Below, one piece after another: positions 9,842-19,978 of a stretch of DNA of 64,000 nt. How positions within the stretch are numbered: position 1 is the first letter of the stretch; each line of letters begins with the position of its first letter. The notes beneath the pieces were generated by a model. It did no database searches and had not been told where the DNA came from. It worked only from the letters and a program-made list of their open reading frames with translations. Origin of the DNA: an uncultured cyanobacterium (lineage in GTDB: Bacteria; Cyanobacteriota; Cyanobacteriia; Cyanobacteriales; Nostocaceae); contig OY970166.1 of the NCBI GenBank assembly GCA_963706595.1, positions 4,864,001-4,928,000 on the forward strand. Direction: 5' to 3'. Both the position numbers and the translations under genes were made by a program.

Positions 9842-10045
9842 TTAACACAACCGTTTAGCTTCCACAGTTAACGGTAAACTTGCTTTATCTGGTAATGCAC
9901 TAAATTCTAATTCCCAACCATTTGCTAAAGTGAGAACCACCCCATCGTTACTATCCGCTTGTTTAACAACTTCTTCTTCCAGGTCTTTTTTGGCAACATA
10001 AGCCACCAAAGTTCCCGCATCATTCATCCGTAACATTACTTTCAT
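9842..10045 (-). CDS. nifT: NifT/FixU
   Basis: MKVMLR...YVAKKDLEEEVV...LANGWEL; follows nifV-nifZ. Confidence 0.9.
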   Translation of the reverse strand: MKVMLRMNDAGTLVAYVAKKDLEEEVVKQADSNDGVVLTLANGWELEFSALPDKASLPLTVEAKRLC

Positions 10046-10308
10046 GAATTCTCCTCAACCGCTTCTAGTTCTCTTTTCCGACAACCGACAACAAAGCCTT
10101 TCTCTAAAAAATGCACTGCATAGATATAGGAATTTTGTAAATAAGTGCCTATACTTGCTATGTAGCCAATATCCCCTTTGTTCCCTAACACCTCCCCGAC
10201 TTCTCTCCCCGCAAACGTCCCATCATTTTTGATCAGTTTGCGAAGTCTGACTTTTTGACCAATTTCAAAAAAGGGGGGTAAATTTAGCTCTAATTCATCA
10301 GGTTGCAT
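10042..10308 (-). CDS. nifZ: NifZ
   Basis: IKNDGTFAG...GTYLQ..YIYAVHF...VVGCR..EL. Confidence 0.92.
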   Translation of the reverse strand: MQPDELELNLPPFFEIGQKVRLRKLIKNDGTFAGREVGEVLGNKGDIGYIASIGTYLQNSYIYAVHFLEKGFVVGCRKRELEAVEENS

Positions 10309-11437
10309 GAGAGTACCTCTGTTCTCTTACCAAATTCAAAAGTTCTTCAACGGTCAAATTGCGTTTTTGCTTCACCGACTGCTGGCGGACTGCATCCAAG
10401 ACAGACTGGGTTTCCTCAGCGTCCAGGAAAATATCATTTTGCTGTAGCAAGCTTGTCACCAAATGTCTTCCAGAATGCTTACCCACGACTAAACGCCGTT
10501 CACAACCGACTTCTTCCGGTGCAAATGGTTCGTAAGTCAGGGGGTTTTGCAGTACGCCGTGAGCATGGATTCCTGATTCATGAGCAAAGGTATTTTCACC
10601 CACAATCGCTTTCCAAGGTGGAACATGACAATTGGATGCTGAAGCTACCAGTTGGGAAAGTTCCAACAAACGGCGAGTATCAATCCCCAAATTGATGCCA
10701 TAGATGCGTTTAATAGACATGACAACTTCTTCTAAAGCTGCATTTCCCGCCCTTTCGCCTACCCCGTTGACTGTGGTATTTACAGATGTAGCTCCGGCTT
10801 TGATACCAGCTAAGGCGTTAGCAGTGGCCAAGCCAAAATCATTGTGAGTGTGAATTTCCAGGGGAATGGACAAAGCTGAAACTAGCTGTTTCACTTTGGC
10901 GTAGGTGCTGAAGGGGTCGAGAACGCCCACAGTATCGCAAAAGCGGAACCGCGATGCGCCCCATTCTTGAGCATTAAGCGCTACATCTAGAAGGAAATTG
11001 GGGTCAGCTCTAGAAGAATCTTCGCCGCCTACTGCTACCCAAAGACCTTGATCAACTGCAAAGCTAATACAGTCTTTGAGTCTTTGCAAACTTACTCGCC
11101 ATTGACCATGAAATTTTGCAGCGATGTGGATTCCCGAAACGGGGATGGCGATATGTACTCGTTTCAACCCGCAGGTGATGGAAGCTTTAATATCGGAAAT
11201 CACCGCCCGATTCCAACCGAGAAGACTGGCTTGCAAACCCAAGTCAGATATTGCTAAGATAGCGTGGGTTTCGGCTTCGCCCATTGCGGGAATTCCCACT
11301 TCTAGTTCGGGAACGCCAATGGCATCGAGAAATTGAGCGATCGCTATTTTCTCTTCAAAGGTAAAAGCAACACCCGCCGCTTGTTCACCATCACGTAATG
11401 TAGTGTCATTAATTAAGATTTCATTCATCTCACACAT
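10298..11437 (-). CDS. nifV: Homocitrate synthase (start may be ATG 11428)
   Basis: [31 protein letters not shown]; nifVZT context. Confidence 0.93.
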   Translation of the reverse strand: MCEMNEILINDTTLRDGEQAAGVAFTFEEKIAIAQFLDAIGVPELEVGIPAMGEAETHAILAISDLGLQASLLGWNRAVISDIKASITCGLKRVHIAIPVSGIHIAAKFHGQWRVSLQRLKDCISFAVDQGLWVAVGGEDSSRADPNFLLDVALNAQEWGASRFRFCDTVGVLDPFSTYAKVKQLVSALSIPLEIHTHNDFGLATANALAGIKAGATSVNTTVNGVGERAGNAALEEVVMSIKRIYGINLGIDTRRLLELSQLVASASNCHVPPWKAIVGENTFAHESGIHAHGVLQNPLTYEPFAPEEVGCERRLVVGKHSGRHLVTSLLQQNDIFLDAEETQSVLDAVRQQSVKQKRNLTVEELLNLVREQRYSHAT

Positions 11438-11870
11438 CCCTTTTAGGAATCATTCTTAATATGTTTTCTGCTGTGGTAGCTTATTTACCTGAAAATTCTG
11501 GAATGGTAAATGCCTAATACAAATGCTGATAACTGGCGTGGGTAGCTATTATGATGAATGGTAAATGCTATAAACTCTCAGATTTAATAGTTCATGTTCA
11601 TGATTATTAAATCATAGCTAAATTCCCACATCATATCTGTATGGCAGAGAACCAAATATGGGTATATTTTAGAATTATTTTTACTATTGCTAAATCAGGT
11701 ATTTTATAATAGCGAGTTGTTAATCTAACTATTAGCAAATCTCCAATACAGCAAAATAGTAAAGATAGCAAGAAAGTTAGTGGATATAGTGGTTTGCTCG
11801 GATAGTAATACGTCATTTAGTTGTGGTCATCTGGACAATCTAATAGACTGGAAGTCTGAGAAAAAATTTG

Positions 11871-12068
11871 TTAGTGATGGTCATCTAGCCAATCAAGAAT
11901 CTGCTCTAGTTGCGCCAAGTTAACCAGTCCATATTGCCAAAGGAGCATGGGTAAGGGACCATTATCAAATTTACGATGTCGTTGGGCTACAGCAATATCT
12001 GCATTTGTTAGTTCGAGTTCTTGATGTAAAAAATTGAGAAGTTTTCTCTCACTATTACAGGTGGTCAT
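11871..12068 (-). CDS. DUF2949-family small protein
   Basis: GPLPMLLWQYGLVNLAQLEQILDWL. The ORF-track N-terminus is STRR sequence, so the start is set at MTTCNS. Confidence 0.75.
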   Translation of the reverse strand: MTTCNSERKLLNFLHQELELTNADIAVAQRHRKFDNGPLPMLLWQYGLVNLAQLEQILDWLDDHH

Positions 12069-12146
12069 ACAATTTTGGATTTTAGATTTTAGATTTTGGA
12101 TTGACCTCACAGATAAATCTGGGGGTATATGACGCAGAGGGGGAAT

Positions 12147-12401
12147 TTAGGAGTTTTGTGTATTCCAGCAACGTTCTAGCCAATCTATTAGTTCGTGACG
12201 AGAGGCGAGAAATTGCATGAGGGTACTGCGGATGAGGATGGCTTCGAGGAGGTTACTGACTTTGACTCGTAAGGAACCATCGCTGTGACAGCAGCAGGGG
12301 ATCATTAATTCTTGCAAACGCTGGGAAATTCGCCAGCGATCGCACAAGGGAATCTGCAAAACCTGATAGCCAAGGGGGTCGGAACTATTTGGTGGGAACA
12401 T
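12147..12401 (-). CDS. Asr1405/Asl0597-family protein
   Basis: DRWRISQRLQELMIPCCC..DGSLRV...RHELIDWLERCW; sits directly after nifP. Confidence 0.75.
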   Translation of the reverse strand: MFPPNSSDPLGYQVLQIPLCDRWRISQRLQELMIPCCCHSDGSLRVKVSNLLEAILIRSTLMQFLASRHELIDWLERCWNTQNS

Positions 12402-12403
12402 GA

Positions 12404-13189
12404 TTAATGATTTTTTGTCAACAGTTCTTTGTCCTGGGGTTGAATATTCAGGGTTTGTAATTGTTGTTCTAGTTTCTCGATGCGGGAGAGTAAAGAACTA
12501 ATTACAGTCGCTTGTTCATCCGGAAGTTTTCCATGTTCTAGGGGATGAACGTTAGCGTTTGGTTTGGGGGAGATAATTCTACCAGGAATCCCGACAACGG
12601 TTGCATCTGGGGGAACATCACGCAACACAATTGAACCCGCACCAATGCGGACGCGATCGCTAATTTGAATATTTCCCAAAACTTTTGCACCCGCACCCAC
12701 CACAACGTTATTACCCACCGTAGGATGACGCTTACCACTTTCTTTACCAGTACCGCCCAGAGTCACACCCTGATAAATTAGCGTATAATTTCCCACAATG
12801 GCAGTTTCACCAATCACCACACCCATACCGTGGTCGATAAACACACCTTTACCAATCTCTGCACCTGGGTGAATTTCAATTCCTGTCAAAAATCGCGCCA
12901 GATGAGAAATCAGACGGGGGATGAAACCCACACCCCGACAGTGTAACCAGTGGGCGAGACGATGCAAACAGAGAGCGTGTAACCCTGGGTAGCAAAACAC
13001 CACCTCTAGCCAATTCCGTGCTGCTGGGTCGCGTTCAAAGATGATTTTAAAATCACTCAATAGTGGTTCTAAAAAAGCACCAGAGAACAGATTTTTCAGC
13101 AAGGATGTATTTGGAGAACGTGGTTTGATTGCAGCCTGACGGTTTTTGATACTGTTTAATGACTGTTGCATCGGTAGTGTTTGGTTCAA
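12404..13189 (-). CDS. cysE: Serine O-acetyltransferase (nif-associated NifP)
   Basis: DPAAR, hexapeptide repeats, GGTGKESGKRHPTVG, HPLEHGKLPD. True start may be ATG 13171. Confidence 0.92.
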   Translation of the reverse strand: MNQTLPMQQSLNSIKNRQAAIKPRSPNTSLLKNLFSGAFLEPLLSDFKIIFERDPAARNWLEVVFCYPGLHALCLHRLAHWLHCRGVGFIPRLISHLARFLTGIEIHPGAEIGKGVFIDHGMGVVIGETAIVGNYTLIYQGVTLGGTGKESGKRHPTVGNNVVVGAGAKVLGNIQISDRVRIGAGSIVLRDVPPDATVVGIPGRIISPKPNANVHPLEHGKLPDEQATVISSLLSRIEKLEQQLQTLNIQPQDKELLTKNH

Positions 13190-13280
13190 AGAGCCATGTG
13201 CTATTTTTATGCTTATATCAGGTGACTCCCAACTGGACAGTACATTAAACGCCGATTGGATTTATTGGATTAATTACACT

Positions 13281-13480
13281 TGTACTCAAGCATCTCAAAC
13301 CCTGACTTAAGATAAACTTAAAATTTCCCTTGGGGTAGGGGTGCTAGTATTTAATAATGGGGGTACTGGTGTTTTTAGGGTAGGGGTGGCAGAATTTTTG
13401 TACTCACCACAAAAAACTTTACCTGTAAGAGTTTGCAGCGAATTAGGCAAGTCATTTGGCAATATATTAAGTTGTACTCA
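13281..13480 (-). promoter_or_regulatory. nifP promoter with CnfR(PatB)-type motifs
   Basis: Three TGAGTACA on the minus strand (13473-13480, 13399-13406, 13281-13288) plus AAATACTAGCACCCCTACCC, also found upstream of nifB. Confidence 0.7.
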
Positions 13481-14034
13481 CTTGCTCGCAAAGATGAGGT
13501 AGACAGGATCACAAATGATATATCTGTATACTCAGCTACGATCTTATTCTATTATTTAGTTAGGGAAAAAACAGGTTTCTTTATTTTATTTTATGTTTTG
13601 TTGTCTGTGTGTATATATACGTTTCATAATATAGATAATAGCTTTTCTAAACACATATCTTACCCCAATTACTTTCAAGAACACCATAAAATAAATAATT
13701 AAAGGTTTGTAGTGAGGACTTTAGTCCTCTCTTTGAGGGTGTTTAAAAAGTATTATTGCTAACAACTAAGTCTCGGAAACCTAACCCCCCTAGCCCCCCT
13801 TCCCTACGAGGGAATGGGGGTTTAAAAGCCTCTCTCCCTGTGGTGGAGAGGAATGGAAGCGGGGTTTCTAGTATACTTTGCAACTTTTAAAACATCCTCT
13901 TAAAGATGCTTACTACGAACTCAATTACCGGAATTCCAGATTGTTTAACTTAATTTGAGTTATCTCCGCGAATTTACTTAAGGCGATTAAGTATTAACTG
14001 TGCTAAGACTGGATGGTGTGCATCTCCAGATTCC

Positions 14035-14886
14035 ATGAAAAAGCAAAAAAATACATTCAGCCATCTCACCGCCATAGAAAGAACTTACTTATCATTTCCA
14101 GCACAGTTTTTATTAAATCAAAACCTGCTTCAAGGTAAAATACTAGATTTTGGTTGTGGCTTTGGTAATGATGTAAAAATCCTCAGCCAAAAAGGGTTGG
14201 ATATTACAGGTTATGACCCGCATTATTTTAACCAATATCCTGAAGGTAAATTCGATACTATAATTTGCTTTTATGTATTAAACGTATTATTCCCTGAAGA
14301 ACAAGCTAATATCCTCATGGAAGTATCCCATTTATTAAAACCAGGAGGTAAAGCTTATTATGCTGTGAGGAGGGATATCAAGAGAGAAGGATTTAGAGAA
14401 CATTATATCCACAAAAAACCTACATATCAATGTCTAGCCAAACTTCCCTTTCATTCATTATACGCAGATGAGATGCGAGAAGTATATGAATACATTCATT
14501 ATAATCAACAGCGAAATTCAACTAATTATTGTATATTTTGTAATCCTCATAAACATCTGAGATTATTAACAGAATCGGCAACTGCTTATGCTATGTTAGA
14601 TGGCTACCCTATAAGTAAAGGACATACTTTAGTTATTCCTAAACGTCATATTAGCAATTATTTTGATTTACCATTTAAAGAACAGTCTGCTTGCTGGTTT
14701 ATGGTGAATAAAGTCCAAGAAATGCTCAAAGCAGAATTTGCCCCAGATGGTTTTAATGTAGGTATGAACATTAATCGAGAAGGTGGGCAGAATATTATGC
14801 ACACCAGTATTCATGTTATCCCTCGTTACAAAGGCGATGCTATTGGTAAAAGTGGTATTAGAAAAGTTATTCCTAAAAGTAAATAG
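14035..14886 (+). CDS. Class I SAM methyltransferase-HIT family fusion protein
   Basis: ILDFGCGFG (SAM motif I); C-terminal CIFC, PISKGHTLVIPKRH, GFNVGMN, GQNIMHTSIHVIPRY. Confidence 0.85.
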   Translation: MKKQKNTFSHLTAIERTYLSFPAQFLLNQNLLQGKILDFGCGFGNDVKILSQKGLDITGYDPHYFNQYPEGKFDTIICFYVLNVLFPEEQANILMEVSHLLKPGGKAYYAVRRDIKREGFREHYIHKKPTYQCLAKLPFHSLYADEMREVYEYIHYNQQRNSTNYCIFCNPHKHLRLLTESATAYAMLDGYPISKGHTLVIPKRHISNYFDLPFKEQSACWFMVNKVQEMLKAEFAPDGFNVGMNINREGGQNIMHTSIHVIPRYKGDAIGKSGIRKVIPKSK

Positions 14887-14920
14887 TTATATAGCAATTT
14901 TCAAGAAGTTACGAACCCAA

Positions 14921-14953
14921 AGATCCCCGACTTCTTGAAGAAGTCGGGGATCT
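14921..14953. terminator. Palindromic dispersed repeat, probable bidirectional terminator
   Basis: AGATCCCCGACTTCTTGAAGAAGTCGGGGATCT between convergent genes; identical copy at 52967-52999, also between convergent genes. Confidence 0.65.
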
Positions 14954-14957
14954 AAAT

Positions 14958-15176
14958 TCATGCTACTTGTGATGACTCTTCTAGACTGTGCGGTTCTGGT
15001 AGAGATTCACCATTTTCCAAAGCTGTATCAATGAACATTTCTAAAACTTCTTGAGCATTTTTGCAAGCTTCTTCATAGGTATCTCCGTGAGTGTGACAAA
15101 ACTCTCCCCATTCAGGAAGACTGACTACAAAACATTCATCTTCCTCAGACCATTGAATAATAATTGTATATTTCAT
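14958..15176 (-). CDS. HicB-family antitoxin (no hicA seen)
   Basis: YTIIIQWSEEDECFVVSLPEW...HTHGDTYEEACKNAQEVLE...LPEP; ATGA overlap with the NACHT stop. Confidence 0.85.
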   Translation of the reverse strand: MKYTIIIQWSEEDECFVVSLPEWGEFCHTHGDTYEEACKNAQEVLEMFIDTALENGESLPEPHSLEESSQVA

Positions 15177-18100
15177 TCTTTTTCTTCTCCCCTCCGCTTT
15201 AAAATCTTCTGAGCATACTTCCGCACTTCCTCCTGAGCATACTTCCGCACTTCCTCATCTGGGTCATTTTCTGCTCTATCGCACAACAGTGAAGAAGTCT
15301 GGGGATGCTGAGGATATTGCTTGATAATTATCTCCAGTGCAATGCGCCGAGGGTTTTCGTTCAACATACCCAACATAACCAACATACCTCCACTCTCACA
15401 GGGGTCATTGACAGCACAATTGTAATAGATATCAAATAACTCAGGCTGTTCTCTAAAATATTTGCCTAATGCTTGGATGGCTGCACGTCGCACATATTCA
15501 CTATCATCAGACGCGCGTTGTTGGAGGATGGTTTTGGTTTGGGGGTCATCTTTGTAATTGCTGGCTAATGCTTCGATGGCTCTACGTCGCACATCCGAAT
15601 TATCATCATCAGACGCGCGTTGTTGGAGGATGGTTTTGGTTTGGGGGTCATCTTTGTAATTGCTGGCTAATGCTTCGATGGCTCTACGTCGCACATCCGA
15701 ATTATCATCATCAGTGGCGCGTTGTTGGAGGATGGTTTTGGTTTGGGGGTCATCTTTGTAATTGCTGGCTAATGCTTCGATGGCTCTACGTCGCACATAT
15801 TCACTATCATCATCAGTGGCGCGTTGTTGGAGGATGGTTTTGGTTTGGGGGTCATCTTTGTAATTGCTGGCTAATGCTTCGATGGCTGCACCTCGCACAT
15901 TCCACTTATCATCATCAGTGGCGCGTTGTTGGAGGATGGTTTTGGTTTGGGGGTCATCTTTGTAATTGCTGGCTAATGCTTCGATGGCTGCACCTCGCAC
16001 ATCCGAACGTTCATCATCAGAGGCGCGTTGTTGGAGGATGGTTTTGGTTTGGGGGTCATCTTTGTAATTGCTGGCTAATGCTTCGATGGCTGCACCTCGC
16101 ACATTCCACTTATCATCATCAGTGGCGCGTTGTTGGAGGATGGTTTTGGTTTGGGGGTCATCTTTGTAATTGCTGGCTAATGCTTCGATGGCTGCACCTC
16201 GCACATCCGAACGTTCATCATCAGAGGCGCGTTGTTGGAGGATGGTTTTGGTTTGGGGGTCATTTTTGTAATTGCTGGCTAATGCTTCGATGGCTGCACC
16301 TCGCACATCCGAATTATCATCATCAGTGGCGCGTTGTTGGAGGATGGTTTTGGTTTGGGGGTCATCTTTGTAATTGCTGGCTAATGCTTCGATGGCTCCA
16401 CGTCGCACATCATTATCATCATCATCAGTGGCGCGTTGTTGGAGGATGGTTTTGGTTTGGGGGTCATCTTTGTAATTGCTGGCTAATGCTTCGATGGCTC
16501 CACGTCGCACAAACTCACTATTATCATCATCAGTGGCGCGTTGTTGGAGGATGGTTTTGGTTTGGGGGTCATCTTTGTAATTGCTGGCTAATGCTTCGAT
16601 GGCTCCACGTCGCACATTCCACTTATCATCATCAGTGGCGCGTTGTTGGAGGATGGTTTTGGTTTGGGGGTCATCTTTGTAATTGCTGGCTAATGCTTCG
16701 ATGGCTGCACCTCGCACAAACTCACTATTATCATCAGTGGCGCGTTGTTGGAGGATGGTTTTGGTTTGGGGGTCATCTTTGTAATTGCTGGCTAATGCTT
16801 CGATGGCTGCACGTCGCACATCCCACTTATCATCATCAGTGGCGCGTTGTTGGAGGAAGGTTTTGGTTTGGGGGTCATCTTTGTAATTGCTGGCTAATGC
16901 TTCGATGGCTGCACGTCGCACATCCCACTTATCATCATCAGTGGCGCGTTGTTGGAGGAAGGTTTTGGTTTGGGGGTCATCTTTGTAATTGCTGGCTAAT
17001 GCTTCGATGGCTCTACGTCGCACATCTTCACTATCATCATCAGTGGCGCGTTGTTGGAGGAAGGTTTTGGTTTGGGGGTCATCGTCCCAAGTCGTTGCAA
17101 TTGCTACAAATGCTTGAGTGCGAATTTCTTGAACTAGCTTAGTTTCAGTTTCCTTTCCAGAACGAATAATAAAACCAATAAATGAGTTGGAATCATTGTA
17201 ATAATACCAAAGGTCATATTTAGTTAACTCTTTTAGCCGATTAAATAATTTATTAGCTGTATCCGCAATTACAGAACGATTTCTCACTTCTGTAAGACAT
17301 TTAGCTGCCAAAAAGAGGTTGATAAATTTTTCTTGTTCACCATCTTGCTTTCTTAAATAATCAAGAATTTCGCCAACAAATTCTGCCTCAATCATTCCCG
17401 CAATTAACAGCAATACTTCATGCCAAGATTCATCTTGCCAGTGCTTGCCAAAAACATCGTCTTTTAATGCTTCTATGCTAATACCATTTGTAGTTCCTCT
17501 CTTTTCAAACCGCTTCACAAATTCGGAAGCACAGAAAAATTCCAAAAATGTCCGATGCACAAAGGCATAATAATCTGCACCTAAAAAACATAAAATAAAA
17601 TTGCGATCGCGCAGTTGTTTCATCAACCGCCTGGCTTTATCTCTAACATCATGTACTGGGATGCTTTGCAGATATTCAGTGAAGATTGCTTCTAAATCAT
17701 CTGCATATATAATATTGCCAGCTAAACCTTTTTCACTGGTTTGCATTTGATAAGCAACTTGACGCAGCATTGCCTGTTTATCTTTATAATCGATACTGTC
17801 CAGACGTTCATCTGGTTTTAAATTACGTCCTTCATCCCAATTATGCAGCAGCACCTCTGAAGCATCTTTATAAAGTTCACTTCTATCTCTAGGTAATTCT
17901 CGTTTGAGATTGAGAATTGCCATCATGGTTAACAGCAGAGGATTACGTGCTAGTTCACCGATAGCTTTTGATTCATTAATTACTCTTTGTAGACGTTCGC
18001 GTTTGATATTTTTATCAAGGTCTTCGGCTTTATTAAAAGTTTTATCATGCCAGCGTTTGATAAAGTCTTTAATTTGTTCTGGTTCTAAATCCTGCAACAT

Positions 18101-19390
18101 GAAGTGGCGAAATTCTGCATCTTTTAACTGTTGTTGCTTATAGCCGATAATCCTAGAAGTAACGATTACCTGCACATCTGGATATTCATTAGTGAAGCGA
18201 TGAATACAGGTAATTACTTCTTCCCGTTTCGTAGGTTCAAATATTTCATCCAAACCATCAAACATCACTAAAGCGTTACCAGCCTTTAGCTGCTCATGCA
18301 ATTTATGCTGATTGAGATGAAAGCAGCAATTCGGTCCTTTATGGTAATATTCTAGAAAATCTTTACAATCTCCGGTATCGCGATCGCGTACATAATTGCG
18401 TAATTCAATTAGCAAAGGAATTGGCAGATTATAATCATTATGTTCGAGAGTTTTTTGTACCCAATCTAATGCTAAGTATTGCAATAATGTAGACTTGCCA
18501 GAACCAGGATCACCTAAAATAACTAGATAATTCCTGCGTTGTTTGTCTCTAATAATATCTAATACTGAACGAATTTGTTGTTCCAAATAATTCCGTTTAT
18601 AGCCTTCTAAACCTTCTTTTATGTTTTCTAGTTCAAGTTCCGCATCTAATTGGTTACTCTCTTGTAGCCTACGGAGATATTCTTTAGGCAGTTCTGGTAA
18701 AACCTGATAAACTTGACGCACATTTTGGGGAATGAAAATTTGCCATAAATTTACTGGATGTTCGCGTGCTGTAGTCTCTAAACTATCTAACTTTAAATTG
18801 CCGTAACGTTCACGAATAGTTTCTAAATATTTGGGCAAATCAAAATCTGTAGGAATACCAGCGATTTCTTGCAGACTGTCTTTAGCTGCTTCCAAATGTT
18901 GGGAATCTAAAACAGGGCGTAGCTTATCTGATTCTCGAATAATTGCTTTAACTTTTCTCAAATACGGCTTACTCAGTTTTTCCCATTTAAAATTATTTGG
19001 TAGAATAGGCAAATTCATTTGATTCCAAGTATTGGCTAATACTTGGAATTCTAAATTTTGGCAGTCTGGACGAAAAGGAGCGCCTAAAATCTCTTTGATA
19101 TCTGGATTATCAATAAATTGTTTGAAAGGGTGAATATATTTTTTAATTTCGGCTTCTTCTAAATCTGCATCTTCTAATTCATGTTGCATCAGTGCGAGAA
19201 ATTCTTTCAAGGCTTTACCAGCAGCAATTTCAATATCTTCTTTTTTGAGTTTATCTAAAAAGCGCTGAGGAATGCTTTTTAAGTAGTCTTTAGCCCAGTC
19301 CTTAGCGATATCTTTAGCTAAGTCCTCAAAAATCGGTTTAAAAATAAAGCCGACAGCCTGAGTAACACCCCAAATAGCTAACCAATCCAT
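15173..19390 (-). CDS. NACHT NTPase with C-terminal HEAT repeats (bacterial NLR-like STAND protein)
   Basis: Walker A GDPGSGKS, Walker B MFDGLDE, IVTSR, NPLLLT, FVHRTFLEFF, W.EVLLL; then 15 complete 34-35-aa HEAT-like repeats. Confidence 0.9.
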   Translation of the reverse strand: MDWLAIWGVTQAVGFIFKPIFEDLAKDIAKDWAKDYLKSIPQRFLDKLKKEDIEIAAGKALKEFLALMQHELEDADLEEAEIKKYIHPFKQFIDNPDIKEILGAPFRPDCQNLEFQVLANTWNQMNLPILPNNFKWEKLSKPYLRKVKAIIRESDKLRPVLDSQHLEAAKDSLQEIAGIPTDFDLPKYLETIRERYGNLKLDSLETTAREHPVNLWQIFIPQNVRQVYQVLPELPKEYLRRLQESNQLDAELELENIKEGLEGYKRNYLEQQIRSVLDIIRDKQRRNYLVILGDPGSGKSTLLQYLALDWVQKTLEHNDYNLPIPLLIELRNYVRDRDTGDCKDFLEYYHKGPNCCFHLNQHKLHEQLKAGNALVMFDGLDEIFEPTKREEVITCIHRFTNEYPDVQVIVTSRIIGYKQQQLKDAEFRHFMLQDLEPEQIKDFIKRWHDKTFNKAEDLDKNIKRERLQRVINESKAIGELARNPLLLTMMAILNLKRELPRDRSELYKDASEVLLHNWDEGRNLKPDERLDSIDYKDKQAMLRQVAYQMQTSEKGLAGNIIYADDLEAIFTEYLQSIPVHDVRDKARRLMKQLRDRNFILCFLGADYYAFVHRTFLEFFCASEFVKRFEKRGTTNGISIEALKDDVFGKHWQDESWHEVLLLIAGMIEAEFVGEILDYLRKQDGEQEKFINLFLAAKCLTEVRNRSVIADTANKLFNRLKELTKYDLWYYYNDSNSFIGFIIRSGKETETKLVQEIRTQAFVAIATTWDDDPQTKTFLQQRATDDDSEDVRRRAIEALASNYKDDPQTKTFLQQRATDDDKWDVRRAAIEALASNYKDDPQTKTFLQQRATDDDKWDVRRAAIEALASNYKDDPQTKTILQQRATDDNSEFVRGAAIEALASNYKDDPQTKTILQQRATDDDKWNVRRGAIEALASNYKDDPQTKTILQQRATDDDNSEFVRRGAIEALASNYKDDPQTKTILQQRATDDDDNDVRRGAIEALASNYKDDPQTKTILQQRATDDDNSDVRGAAIEALASNYKNDPQTKTILQQRASDDERSDVRGAAIEALASNYKDDPQTKTILQQRATDDDKWNVRGAAIEALASNYKDDPQTKTILQQRASDDERSDVRGAAIEALASNYKDDPQTKTILQQRATDDDKWNVRGAAIEALASNYKDDPQTKTILQQRATDDDSEYVRRRAIEALASNYKDDPQTKTILQQRATDDDNSDVRRRAIEALASNYKDDPQTKTILQQRASDDDNSDVRRRAIEALASNYKDDPQTKTILQQRASDDSEYVRRAAIQALGKYFREQPELFDIYYNCAVNDPCESGGMLVMLGMLNENPRRIALEIIIKQYPQHPQTSSLLCDRAENDPDEEVRKYAQEEVRKYAQKILKRRGEEKE
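15470..17085 (-). repeat. Intragenic tandem repeat, about 102-bp unit, 15 full copies plus partial ends
   Basis: Unit encodes DDxxxxVRxxAIEALASNYKDDPQTKT(I/F)LQQRA(T/S); DNA near-identical outside two variable blocks. Confidence 0.95.
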
Positions 19391-19978
19391 AATACTTGTA
19401 TTTGTTGCGATTTTAACTACGATTATATACGTAGATTACCTGATATTCCTGTTTTTCAGGATAATTACAGAAATATCTGGTATTATTTGCACTTAGCCTT
19501 AAGTCTGGGGTAATCAGATCAACAGTACAAATAGAAGCTGCGATTACCACAATCATTGAACCCCTCCCCCAACCCCTCCCCGCAAGCGAGGAGGGGAGAC
19601 ATAGCAGAGGTTTGGCGGGTTTAGTCAGTATTCAACCGGAATTGATATTAAACCTGGGATTCACTCTCGTTCAGCGTTGGTCACATCAAGCTAAATCTAT
19701 AGTATGCGATCGCCTCTGCAAATACATCTATACTTTCATGATATACAACGTATTTTTACTTAAGCCACCGGATTAAAATCAACTTATTCTGACATTTTAT
19801 TTAAATCACCACACTTTTAAATACACAATGTTACAATTAAGACTAGATTTATTACAAAATCTCAACCGAGTCATTACCAATAAGCTACAATTTATTTTTA
19901 TTTATAAATAAGCTCACTTGATCATAAATAAAAGTATCTCGCGCAGTCATAGCCTTAAATAAAAACAGGAGTGATATT

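Noticed and set aside
15470..17085. TAL-effector-like protein (34-aa repeats with variable residues)
   Set aside because: No TALE consensus (LTPEQVVAIAS...GGKQAL); the sequence is HEAT-like and follows a NACHT domain.
15469..17142. 557-aa plus-strand ORF rich in W/H/C
   Set aside because: Antisense shadow of the HEAT repeat array; open only because the repeated unit lacks stops in that frame.
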